Shown in pieces: positions 52,101 through 64,000 of a stretch of DNA of 64,000 bases (its first letter is position 1; every line of letters starts with the position of its first letter). The position numbers and the translations under genes were made by a program. The notes under the pieces were generated by a model. It was not told the origin of the DNA. It worked only from the letters and a program-made list of their open reading frames with translations, and did no database searches. Location: NCBI RefSeq assembly GCF_009914755.1, contig NC_060935.1; one strand, given 5' to 3'. The stretch is from the human T2T-CHM13v2.0 reference genome, Homo sapiens.

Positions 52101-53649
52101 CACAGTTGAACTCACACAAAGAGGTTTTGTAGAACAGAGTTGTGCGTACGGCTTCTTTGTAGGTGGAGAGTCGATAGTCTGCTTACTCCAGACAGCTCTC
52201 AAGGCCCTAAGTGCAAATCCCAGTGTAATGCCCTGTGCCAGACTGTTGTACCAGGCCTTGTTGAAGGGAATGTGATAAGGGTGGCAGGCCTGTCATGAAC
52301 TCATTCATGGGCTTTGGTTACAAAAGTAGCAAAGAGACCTCATTATAAAATGTTCTCACTTGTTCAGTTGCAGAACTAAAAGGGTTTTGCTGAACGATAG
52401 AGAAAACTCACCGCCAAAGCCATCCCTCAGTAGTGACCTTTAAGAGCTCTCAGTGAGTTCCTGTTTCTGTTGGCTCCAAGATGGTCCCAATTCAGGACTT
52501 AACTCACTTGGCAATATTTGGAAAGACAGAAAGAAAGAAAGAAAAATTTGCCACAGAGGAAGAAAAAAAAATAGTTCCGCGGGCTGGAAACTCATTTCCT
52601 GAGGAGCAGGAGCACATCGCCTTGCTCTCTGGGACTCACCAAGCTCCAGGAAGCTCGACCAGTCACTTAATAAGTCATTGAGGACGTGTGGTTTAATTAA
52701 CTCGCCCAAAATTCCTTCTTTCCCTTTCTCACTTTTGCTATTAATATTTTTCGATATCTGATAATGCAGTGTAGTTAATTCTTTCTGGCTTTATAATGAA
52801 CACTGCCATAATGAAAAAGGTTAGCAGGGCTTCAGGCAGCTTTTAATTAGCCAGCTGAGCAGGTAAAAGCACTTTATTCTTCTCTTTTTTTCCCCTTACT
52901 TAGCAATTAATGGAGAAGCTCAGTGGCACTTACCGTACCTTTTTTGTTTTCTAATGGATGATGCTGCACAGAGCAGGAAGGCCTTACTGTACCCCCCTGT
53001 TACTACCAAGTGAGAACATTGGAGGCTGCATCACTGCATTTCTGGCCTCAGGTTTGTGGGTAAAAGCGTTTCTGCTGCTGGCTGAAGGTTTACCTCATTA
53101 AAAAGCTAAGTTACCTAGAGTTGTTACCAGTTCCCTGTCTTGCACTTTTCGGTCTTTGCATCTGCATCCAGAGGCCCCCCAAGAGGTTTTTGCAGCCCGT
53201 CTGGCCTTGCTTTCTGCAAATATTTTCCTGGTTCTATTTAAGTGAGCCATCTTCCTCTGTTTCTCATGCTAACAAGCAGCCTTGGGGTTGTTCTTCTTCT
53301 TTTACAGACAGGAAAACTGAGGCTCAAAGTGATTACCTGCCTAGCCAAAAGCCCTTTTTCCAGTTCTGATGGTGCCATCTCTGGATATGAAGAGTGGCAT
53401 TCTCAAGCTAATTGTGGAACTATCTTACAGGAGGAATGTGGGGTGAGGGGGGAGCTTAGAAATTATGTGGGCCACTTCCCAGTCTATTAATCAATAAAGA
53501 AAACTTGGGTGGAATTATTTGCATGATTCTACTCCATTTTGCAAATATAACACAAAAAATTGTTCTTGATGTGCATAGCACATTTTTGGTGTTGTAGGCT
53601 TGATAAAAGCTGACTGTGTATGCAGATCTCTAGAGAGAAACTGGGACAA

Positions 53650-53957
<308 letters not shown>

Positions 53958-53991
53958 TAAGAGCCCAGGGTCTCCTGAAAAGAAAGAAATA

Positions 53992-54391
<400 letters not shown>

Positions 54392-55521
54392 CTAAGATTC
54401 AAAGTTGAGGAGAGTTTGAAAGTGTGTGGGATGGTCCTGTGCGAAAAGTCAAGCTGAAGGAAGGGATGCTGAAAGCATAAAAATGAAGCATACCAGGACA
54501 AAAGAAGCCTGAACTAGTGATCTGGGCTTGACCCAAAGCTTCTGGCTTCTCAGCACAGGCTGGTAGAATACTTCTCCAGTGATATATACTGGGAATGATG
54601 GTTGATCATTTAAGAATAACCTAACAGAGATCACCATAAGGGCAGGAGCCCCTCTAAAGATGAGTTATGATGTGACACTTATCTCTTTGGGGTACTTGTC
54701 TAAACGTGTCTGTCCTGTAATATCTTCTTGTTGATAAGCTTCCCGAAAAGGGGAGATAAAAGGAGAATCATGTGAATTTGGTTGCATCAGTTGTGTAAAA
54801 TATTTGGCGCATTCTCTTCTCACCACCTCATACCAAGTTCAGGAACTTCTGGCTGGATAAAGATCTCACTAATGCCACTGGGGCAATGGGACTTGAGCAT
54901 TGAAATTTGCAAATCCTTGGTAGACACTTTGAAGTTTTTGTTGCTTGCGGTCCTTGTATTGTGATCTTAATTAAATTGAGGTGAAAATAATGACTTCACT
55001 TGTTTTTATTGCCAGTGCAAACTTTAGCAACAGCAGTGTGGGATAAGGAAACCATGACTGCAGGAGCAGTAGGAGGTGTCCAGGCCTCCAAATCTGCCAG
55101 GGTCGACAGCCGCCTGCATTCCAGGGAGAATTCTAGAATGCTACTTTGCAGCCTAGTGCAGGTACCACTGTGGTCTCATGTCCATGAGTGTGCAAGATCT
55201 GTGATCCCCTGTGGCAGCCACCACCACAGTGATGCTGGTGGAGCAATCTCACATTCCAGTCCTCCGCCTTCAAAAGCAGGATTGGCCCCATGGGAGAATT
55301 TGGGGAGGGATGGTGGCTCGAAGGTGCTATATTGGCTTTTCTGTTAAAAATTGAAGTTGGCGAAGTCTGTCAAAACAGTTCCTTTATATTTGAAAAGCAC
55401 TTTGAAGTTTTCAAAACAATACCATATCCATTATCAACACCTCATTCAAATAACACTTTTAAGTGTCAGTCAGGAAACTGTACTATTTTCTCCATTTAGA
55501 GAAGAGGTTACCCCCTTCTCT

Positions 55522-55743
55522 AAGGAAAGTTCAACTGGAGGCAGTTTTTCTCCATGGGGGACACTGGGCAGTGTCTGGAGACTCTTTTGTCATCACAACT
55601 GGGGTAGGGGAGTGAGTGCTACTGGCCTCTGGTTAGTAGAGACCAGGTGTGCTGCTATATATCCTGCAATGTACAGGTCAGTCTCCAATGGCAAAGAATT
55701 ATCCAGCCTAAAATGACCATAAGGCAGAGCTTGAGAAATCCTG
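55522..55743 (+). mobile_element. MER20 (hAT-Charlie)
   Basis: GGGGGACACTGGGCAGTGTCTGGAGAC...TGCTACTGGCCTCTGGTTAGTAGAGACCAGG...AAAGAATTATCCAGCCTAAAATG...TTGAGAAATCCTG. Confidence 0.9.
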
Positions 55744-55804
55744 ATTTAAGGACATACAACTAACAAGAGGAAGAGCTGCTAAGTTTTAGAGTTGTTGTCT
55801 ACTA

Positions 55805-55985
55805 TGAATAACAGCTGCCATTTGTTAAATATTTACTGGGTGCCAAGCACTGTTCTAAGTGCCTCACCCATCAACTCAATTCCCACAACAGGTCTGGGTG
55901 GCAGGAATATTACTCCAACCAAGACTCAGAGAGGTTACGTAGCTTTCCAAAGGACATGTGGCAGAATTAGTGATGGAGCCTGTGT
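55805..55985 (-). mobile_element. MIR SINE
   Basis: CATTTGTTAAATATTTACTGGGTGCCAAGCACTGTTCTAAGTGC...GACTCAGAGAGGTTACGTAGC. Confidence 0.8.
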
Positions 55986-56286
55986 TGTCTTGCCCCAACA
56001 CCTCTCCTGTCTCCACCTCCCTGCATCGTAATAGAGACGGGAGACCCTGCTCAACCTGACTAGCAGCTGGTACTGAACAAGTACTCCTTACGGGCTTTAA
56101 GATGAACTGGCTAATTTTTATATGGTCAGAAGTGGCAGGTTCCAGGATCACCACAGAAAGCAAGTTTCAAGAACATTTTCTCCTCTCTAGCATACAATTT
56201 CAAAACTCAGGGAGCCCAGTGGCCTCTAAAATTCCTATTCATTGACATATTCTCCTTTTCCTCTCTTAGACCTATGGCACAATGTA

Positions 56287-57170
56287 TCATTCATTCACTT
56301 TGTTCATATACTCACTCTAAAATATTTTATCAAGGGTTGGAGGTAAAAAGAGGAAAGAAATATGTACAGTCTTTTATTGCCAAGTTACCAACAGTCTATT
56401 GGGTCAAACAAGCCTAAAAATATCATTCTATTACAATGTGCTCAGTGCAGTGATAGAGGTGTGTCCAGGCTATCTCAGGTGCACAGAAAAGAGGCCCCAG
56501 CCAATTTCTGGAGGCAGGGAATCAGGTAAGTCTCCTAGGAGGTGACCACTGAGTGGAGTCTTAAAGGCTGAGATGGAATTAGTAAAGTAGAGAAGATGAG
56601 AAGGACTAACATGGAAATAGGGAGCTGCATCTGCTGAGAAATGCAAGTAATCCAGTGTTATTGGAGCCTGAAGCACCAAGCAAGGAGTGGTTGGAGATGG
56701 AGAAACAGGCTGAAGCCTGAAGCGGGGCTTGTAAATGCTAGGGGTACGTTGAGGGAGGAAAAGAAGTTTGAGCATCCAGGTTACAAAAGCTCAGGGAGAG
56801 CCACCTTGTGTTTCAGATTCAAGTGTGCTAAATCCATGTGGAGACAAAGCTGGAGGCAGGGAGGTCAGCTGGGAGGCTGTTGCAGGAGTCTGGGCCACGA
56901 GCCTAAAATCGGAGTTGGAGAAGGAGGGAATGAATTTAAAAATATTTTGGAGGTAAAGTCAGCAGAACTAGGTGTCTAGATTTGGGAGGTATGGGAGGAG
57001 GATAAGTTATGTTTGGAATTGTTGCATGAGGTATCTGTGGGACATTCAGGTAGATGGGTCCATCCAGTGGACGATGGTATATACAAGCCTGAACCTTTAG
57101 GGAGAGAAATGGGCTGAGAAAGAGTTGGGAATCATCCGCAGAGAGGCGGGAGTTGCAACAGTGAAAATCA
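56287..57170 (-). mobile_element. L2 LINE
   Basis: TCATTCATTCAC tail; GGAGGTGACCACTGAGTGGAGTCTTAAAGG; GCTGGAGGCAGGGAGG; GAGGTAAAGTCAGCAGAACT. Confidence 0.75.
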
Positions 57171-58404
57171 GTTAAGCAAATTGGCCCAGGTCCTGCCCCA
57201 ATTTAATTATCTGTCGCCAAAGTGCGAGGCAGATGTACAAACATGGCGTTCAGCAGCCTACCCATATAGATGTGGGAGGGCACTTAAAGAAGTCATTGCA
57301 AGCAGAACAAACAGCTCCAAATAAGGCAAGTGCAGCTAGACAATCTAGCTTGATATTCCTTCTTTGGGTAAACAGCATGTAGAGGCTCCGTGGGAAGCTG
57401 CCTCTCCCCTCCCATTATAAAGAGAATGGCTGTTTTTTGGGACATGAGATCAACAGTGAAGACTTTACAGTCTTCATGGGCTTAGACTTGGACTACTCTC
57501 AATGTGAATATTCACTGCAGGGCCCTGAATTATCGGAGACCCTGTCTGGAATCTGGATTCCTTTCCAGGCCTGAAGGTCACTGGGTTTCCTATATAATTC
57601 CCTTTTCTCCCATGTCATGGCCCTTCCTAAATGGCAGAACATGAACATGTATGCAGTATGCAGTATGACTGTGAACATCCCAACAATTACATGCACCCCC
57701 GTCCTCCTCCTCTTCCTGGTATGTGCACAAGCTTCAAGTTAGAAAAACAAGTCTTTCCATATTAACACCTGGCACCTGGTATCAAATACATCCAGCCTTA
57801 GTAATTATTCTTGGGCTTTGCAGCAGCTTTCTTTTGACCAGTGTTGAAGGCTGGTGCCAGTCACCATAACTAGGTGTGAATTAATGCAACAGCATCCATG
57901 CCGCAGAGCCTCCTGGGTTTGTGTTTGAAACACAGGGCTGTGTTTTAGAGCCGTGGATAAAGTTCATTAATAGGTGCGAGCACAGTTCTCAAAGGGCAGT
58001 TCTGCCATATTTCGAGTCACTGTTCAGAATTCTCATTAGCCAATTACCCTGCTCCCATCCTCCCTGCTCCTGTGGTAATGTGTATTTTAAAGCCTCGATA
58101 AGACACAGCATGTTTTAAATATACCTTAATGTATTGGAAATGCATGAGCCCCCTTTGGGTTTATATATTTTAACCACTAGCCAATTTTGCAAAGTGATAA
58201 ATAAATGTTACAGGCATCAGCTGCAGTAGTAGAATCAGCTGGGGATATTTAAAACCAGTCTAAAGTCTAACTTACCTCTAAATCTGAGATATCAAGCATG
58301 GTGAGCAAAGCAGGCAGGAATATGCAAGTGATTTCCTGGTAATAAAATCAACAACCTTGACACATGAAGCGAGATTGAATGGGAATAGGGTTGGTGGGGG
58401 AAGC

Positions 58405-59100
58405 AGCTTGGTTGAATTAACAAGTATTTATGTGCAAGTGACTGTCCTGGGCATTGTGGGGATACAAAATGGTTCTGGCTGTCAAAGAGTTTATGAACAT
58501 GTACAGAGTGATGAGACAAGGACACGGATAATAAGCAGAGAGGTTGAGGTGAGTACCACTGGAGAAGGACAAAATGTTATGGGGGCCAACATGGGAGGTC
58601 AGAAAAGATTTCTTGGAGAAGGTGGCAATTGAGATGCACTTTGATAAATGGGTCAGATTTTATAGGCAAAGAAAGGAAACTTGAAAGTGGTGGGGGCCAG
58701 GGTCTGAGCAAAGGCTGGGAGGTGTGAAAACGTAGATCATGTCAAGGTTCTGCAGACAGTCCAGCAGTCCAGCTGGGTGGAAGTACTGGGCTCACATTGA
58801 GGAGCAATGTAAAATGAGGCTGGAGGGCAAGTAGGGGCCAAATTGCATGAGGCCATGAATGCTAACATGAGGAGTTTTAAAATGATTCAATAAGAATTGG
58901 GGAGATAATAAAAAGTTTGGAGCAGGGGAACAAGATCAGAGTTACCTTTTGGGAGGACTAAATTGGCAGCAGGATATACAAAGGACAAGAATGGAGAGAT
59001 ACAGGAATCAAGGAGACCAGTTAGCTATTGAAATAAAACACAAGAGCTGGAAGGAAGAGCTGAACTTGGGGTTGAGCAGTGGACGGCAGAGGAAGAAGTG
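58405..59100 (-). mobile_element. L2 LINE (continues after the LTR to ~59950)
   Basis: AACAAGTATTTATGTGCAAG...CCTGGGCATTGTGGGGATACAAAATGG...GAGGCCATGAATGCTAAC. Confidence 0.75.
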
Positions 59101-59106
59101 CCTCTG

Positions 59107-59557
59107 TGAATGGCAGATGCATCTGACAGCAATAGCTAACTTAAGCAAAGCCTGAGAATGACCCTGTGGTCTAAGAAGAATGTGTGTTTGGAGTTCTGTG
59201 CTGAAGAGTCTGGGAGTGACCAACCTGGAGATTCATTCCTTATCTATGAGGAGCATCTGAACCCCCCAGCCCATCTCATGGAATGCAGACTGTACAGAGG
59301 ATTGAGGCCCTTTGTTCTGGGTTAAACAAAGGTTGTCAGGTGTAAGTTTCTAGGGGGAAGGTGCTAAGTGAAAATACTATATAAACTGCATGCTTTCTAC
59401 AAATGGTAGCACTTCTCCTGTCCAGCCTGCCACCACTGGACTGCGTGTAATTGTCCTCAATAAACCCCATGTCTCATTCACTGGCTATAGGTCTCTTTTT
59501 TTGGCCTCTCAAACATGGTGCCATCCCTATTGAAGTCAAGAGGGGTCTGGCACAACA
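59107..59557 (+). mobile_element. Solo LTR, LTR47-like (ERVL class)
   Basis: TG...CA ends; TSD CTCTG/CTGTG; TGACAGCAATAGCTAACTTAAGC...GAGAATGACCCTG. TATATAAA at 59378-59385 and AATAAA at 59459-59464. Confidence 0.8.
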
Positions 59558-60226
59558 CTGTGAGAGATACATTGGGAAGGAAGATGAACATGAAGGACCA
59601 CAGGCAGCTGACTGGATCCGATGCATGTGTATTGGGGGTACACTCATGAAGAGGGGGTGTCAAAAATGGCACCAATGTTGTTAGCTCTGGCGACTGGTGC
59701 CATGGGCAGAGCCTTGAACAGAACAGAAGGAAGGCTGTCCCAAAGATAATCTGACTTGGATGTGAGATTGGAAGATAAGTAAAAAGTTCCACTAATAAAA
59801 GTTGTAAACTCTAGCAAGAGCCTGGGTCAGGAGATAGATATGTGCAAGCTAGGGGAGATGAGATCAACAAGGGGGAGAGAGAGAGAGCAAAACGAGAAGA
59901 GGGCCAAGGGCCAGAAAGGCCAGCATTTGGGAGGCCCCCTGCCTTCTCCTGTGAATGGTGATCTCTTGACCAGCACTGGGAATTGCTAGTCATTTCAAGA
60001 TCTGATTCCGTCATTGTCCTTTCTATGCAGGACAAGGAAGACATAAGAGCCAGAGTCTGCAGAAGTCATCAAGGCAGTTCCAGAGTAGGAGTACCAAGAT
60101 GTATTGGGGGTGGTGGTGGGGAGCAGAGAGAGGGGAAGGTAGTAAGCAGCATTTTTCCCTAAGTCCCTCCATGCGATCTTAGGAGACAGTCTAAAGATAT
60201 TCCCCACCCCCAGGGGAGGAGAGACG

Positions 60227-60985
60227 TGTAATAGTTGACACATGTGTGAACAAAGATTTTTGAAGATGATACATAAACATATGCATACGTATATATACAC
60301 GCAGACACACACATTATACATACATCCATATATATTTATATCTAGCCATGTCTCTATTTATCTATCTGCGTATCTATCTACTTGCCTGTCTACCTGCCCA
60401 CCTGACTGCCTAAGTGATTTGTCATAGGAATCGGACCTTACACAATTGTGGGAGCTGCTTAAACAGTCTGTGAGGGGCTACTATCTTTCATCTGATGCTG
60501 GAGCCAACAGTCCATGGGGCAGGCAGTCAAGAACAGATGATCTATCTCCTGCCTTGGGATAGCAAGGATGAGCTGAACCCCAAGAAAAGCTGGAACCCAT
60601 GAGTGCTGATGAGTCTGTGCCAGTTCTCACTGCTTCCAACCTTGACAAAATCGATAGACTGCAGGGGAAGGTAGGTAGTGCCTTTCATCGTAGATCTAAA
60701 GACGCACCTGGCCCAAGAGTCAGAGAAGCCGAAGAAGAGCTCAAGGGAAGGTGGAGCAGTTACATGTCCAGCAGGTGCCTAGCACCAAAGAGAGACGATA
60801 GTAGAACAGCGACATGTGTAAGCTAACACAGCTCCCACTCAAAACTACTAAGTGTGAAAACAATGACTGCTGCTTCATTTCTGCCCTCCGATTCTTGCAG
60901 GAAAACATCTTTTATGGTGCTGCCTAACCAGAAACCTACATGGAGGCAGTTCTGGGAAATGTAGTTCATTCTACACTGATAAAGC
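60227..60985 (-). mobile_element. Old ERVL-class LTR (LTR41/LTR52-like) with embedded TA/TCTA repeats
   Basis: GACCTTACACAATTGTGGGAGCTG...CATCTGATGCTGGAGC...CTGGAACCCATGAG...TTCTGGGAAATGTAGTTC. Confidence 0.65.
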
Positions 60986-61184
60986 CAGCACAGCCAATGA
61001 GGGTGAAAGGAGTGAAGCAACGGAGGAAGAGAGTAGAGGAGCAGGATAGGAGATAAATGGGTGAGCAATCTGACTTCCCTAGCCCACAGGCCCCCGTCCA
61101 CTAGACAAGCAGACTCGAGTTTGACTATAAGCAAACTGAGGTCAGGGCCTGTACTGTAGTTACCTAATTCTCTCCAAAGCATTT

Positions 61185-61430
61185 AAGAACAAGCTATTAA
61201 GCACCTGCTAGTCTCCAAGCACTGTACTATTTTATGTGCATGTGCATCTTACATACTATTCAGCATAATCTCAAATGGGGAGTATTATTACTATACCCAG
61301 TTTATAAGTAGGGAAGCTGCGGGTTAGAGAGGTAAGTAATGGGTTCAAGGCCACATAGCTAGAAAGTGGTAGAGATTGTATTTGAACCTCAGTCTGTATG
61401 ACTCCAAAGCTTCTGCTCTTAACCCCTACT
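61185..61430 (-). mobile_element. MIR SINE
   Basis: TATTAAGCACCTGC...TTAGAGAGGTAAGTAATGG...AAGGCCACATAGCTAGAAAGTGG...TTTGAACC...GACTCCAAAGC. Confidence 0.85.
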
Positions 61431-62779
61431 AAATCTAAAGCATCCCCAGTTCCTAGCAGAGTGTCTGGGCCACAGCAGGCTTTTGATTAACAGGAATTAA
61501 ATTACTGGATTTGTGGGTGAGGGATGGATGGTTGGATGCACAAGTGGTGGATGGTTGGATAAATGATGGAACTCAGGTGTTGGAGAAGTTGAGAGTTTAG
61601 AGGGGACAGAGGGTCAGGGGAAGAGAATGAACAGCACTTAGAAAAGCAAACTTGACTCTATGCGGTGCTAACCTTTGATTGCATAGGGGAGAGAATCCCA
61701 GTGAAAGCCAGACATGTGCTGAGTCCAGCTTTCCTTTTACTGCCGAACAGCCCACAGGCTCTTCATGAAAAGCTGTGCTTCCCATTGATCATCATTTGTA
61801 TTATTTACTGGGGCCTGTGTAAGCAGTAAACCAAGGATCAGGTATCTGGTTCCTAATTCTGCCTTCACAGGCAACTTGCTGGTGAACTTGAGTGTCTAAT
61901 TCTCCATCTGCCCCTTGCAATGATAATGCTTGCCAGGCCGTTTGGCAGGGCTCTGTTTGTTACCCTGTGCCTGAGTTTCAACCTGTGGAAAATTAGTCCA
62001 TCATTTTGCTCCTCAGTTAACTCTGAATGATTAGTCCTGCATGTAGGAGTTGTACCCCTTAGAAATAGAAGTAGACCCCGGGCCCTTTAAGATTGTTTCT
62101 GGAATTCATTTAGTCTGTTGGATGCAGGCCTCACCAGAGCCCTTCCTTGATAGCCTGCCCTCCTGGTTGGGGAAGTGGTTCCTCAGAGTGGGAGCCAGTC
62201 TCAGGGATGGTTTGTCTGCATTCTCTCAAAGCTTCCTGTGTATGGGAAATGAACAGCTTCCATCCACATCCTTCCTTCTCCTTGGCAGGCTGAGCCCTGC
62301 CCTCTCTGTGAGATTCCAGGAGTCTGTGACATTATCTGCTAACTCCCAGGAGAGGCCCTGGACCACAGTTGCAAGCCTTGAGAATGATGAATATGCAGGA
62401 AGGGGTAGTGTGCCAGACAGGGGAGCTGCAGAGTTAGTGTGATTGAGCTGGCCAGCCATGCAGGGCAAGGTGAGCTGGGGCCTGAGCACCCTTTGAGAGG
62501 GCTCAGCCCATGCAGGGCCATTTGCCATCCTTAGGAGTTAGGAGCTGTCATTTGTTTGTCTGCATTCTCCAGGGTTGTAGACTCAAGAGTCTTAGAAATC
62601 CCACTGGCACCCGAGCACCCCACTGGCTGCAATTAACCTGTTCAATAATAGGTCAGCAACTTTGTAGAGGATGTTTGCGGATAGCATTCTACTGGGTGCA
62701 CTAGTACTATTGACTTTGGTCTATAGAAAGCCTGATGTGTCCCCAGTGGCAGAAAAAAGCTAGGAGCAAATTCTGCTGC

Positions 62780-63050
62780 ATCACAGAATCCTTAGGCTAG
62801 TGTGACATTTAGAGGTCACCTGGCCCTTCCATTTGCCTGCAGGCAGGCCTGGACATAAACCAGCCTAGACAGGTAAGAATCTTCTCTTTCTCTGCCTTCA
62901 AAAACTTTTGTTCACAGAAGGACATTTCATATATACCCTTAGTGTCTACTATTCCTCAACCCTGAGACAGTTCTCCCTTAGAGCTCATCTATATTCCTCT
63001 TGTTCCCAGAGGTTCTCTGATTTGTACTTCCATGAAGATGGCAGGAAGAA
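62780..63050 (-). mobile_element. L3/CR1 3' end fragment
   Basis: ATCACAGAATCCTTAGGCT...TTAGAGGTCACCTGGCCC...AAACCAGCCTAGACAGG. Confidence 0.55.
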
Positions 63051-63068
63051 CCCATCATGTGTTGTACT

Positions 63069-63279
63069 CAATGGCGTGCTGGAGCCCGCTGGTATGGGTT
63101 TCTCCAGAGCCAGTTGTACATATCTCTTCCAACTCTGGGGTCAGTGACATCACATTGGTAACTTATAATCAGCCATAGTATGAATATTTATACCATAGAA
63201 ATTGGCAAACACTATACCTCAGGGCTTTTGTTTTTCCCCATAGAGAGGCAGTTGTTCAACATTTACCAGCACACGACTG
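63069..63279 (+). mobile_element. MER63A-like (hAT-Blackjack MITE), full length
   Basis: TIRs CAATGGCGTGCTGG / CCAGCACACGACTG; internal CAGTGACATCACATTGGTA...AGAAATTGGCAAACAC. Confidence 0.85.
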
Positions 63280-63849
63280 CTTGTGTGTAGCAACAAATCT
63301 TCACATAATGTGGGTGACAATTATTCTTTGTACACTTCACTTTAGAGACTTAAGTTGTCACTTTGGTGCCTTTAGGTAAAACTCACTGGTAGGCCGAACT
63401 GTAATTTCCCAGAGAGTAGAGGCTATGACTAGTATTCCCCCACCACAGTGGGCCTTTTATACAGCAGTCGCATGTTGATTGCATGCCAAAGGAATGAAGG
63501 ACACATATCAAATCATCAGGCTGAATGACTGTAGGTTTTCATCATCTTAGTCCTAGTGCCATCCTATTGTTTGAGTCAGATTTGCCAAGTAAGAGATATA
63601 TTTATCTGAGTTGACTTCAGGGTTGTAAAATTCAATTCAGAAGAAATTATGAAACATCTACTTAATGTTGACCGTGTTTTAGACTCTGCTGCCAGAAAGA
63701 GGGAATATTAATGAGTAGCAGCAGCCCGTCACTCCCATTCTCAAATACCTTACAATTTTATTTGGAATATATGTATACAAACAGAATTAAAGATCAATTT
63801 GGATGTTCTAGAAGAGTTATGCTTCAGGGATTTTGAGTGATCAGAAAAT

Positions 63850-64000
63850 ACAGTGGTTGTAATATGCGGCACCAGGTTCACATCGCCTGCATTCAAACTC
63901 CAGACCGCTACTTAGCAGCTATTTGACTTTGGAAGAGTTGCTTAACACCCCCTACCCTGTCCCACCCCAATTCAGATTCCTCATTCTAAGGGGCCAATGA
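63850..64000 (+). mobile_element. MIR SINE (runs off window)
   Basis: ACAGTGGTTG...CTACTTAGCAGCTATTTGACTTTGGAAGAGTTGCTTAAC...TTCAGATTCCTCATT. Confidence 0.7.

Overview
Primate genomic DNA. Alu J, S and Y elements indicate a catarrhine, most likely human. I find no supportable protein-coding exon, RNA gene or prokaryote-type system. The supplied ORFs come from Alu/LINE/LTR remnants, simple repeats or the GC-rich island. The window is rich in MIR/L2 and poor in L1. It has one ~1.1 kb CpG island (~18.7-19.8 kb) with promoter hallmarks: a YY1-like motif, G-quadruplex motifs on both strands and GC-skew flips. Between the transposon fossils are about a dozen repeat-free blocks dense in homeodomain/SOX/PBX-HOX/MEIS/POU motifs, resembling conserved enhancers. 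Together this looks like a long intron or regulatory landscape of a large developmental or neuronal gene that I cannot name from sequence alone. The best leads are modest: a 30-nt minus-strand microexon candidate (52934-52963), an apparently internal bidirectional CpG-island promoter, PBX-HOX/MEIS enhancer grammar, a miR-325-like L2 tail-to-tail hairpin and a template-switch scar inside an AluJ. I cannot claim a novel biological system. Repeat subfamily names are from memory of consensus sequences, and boundaries of old repeats are approximate.
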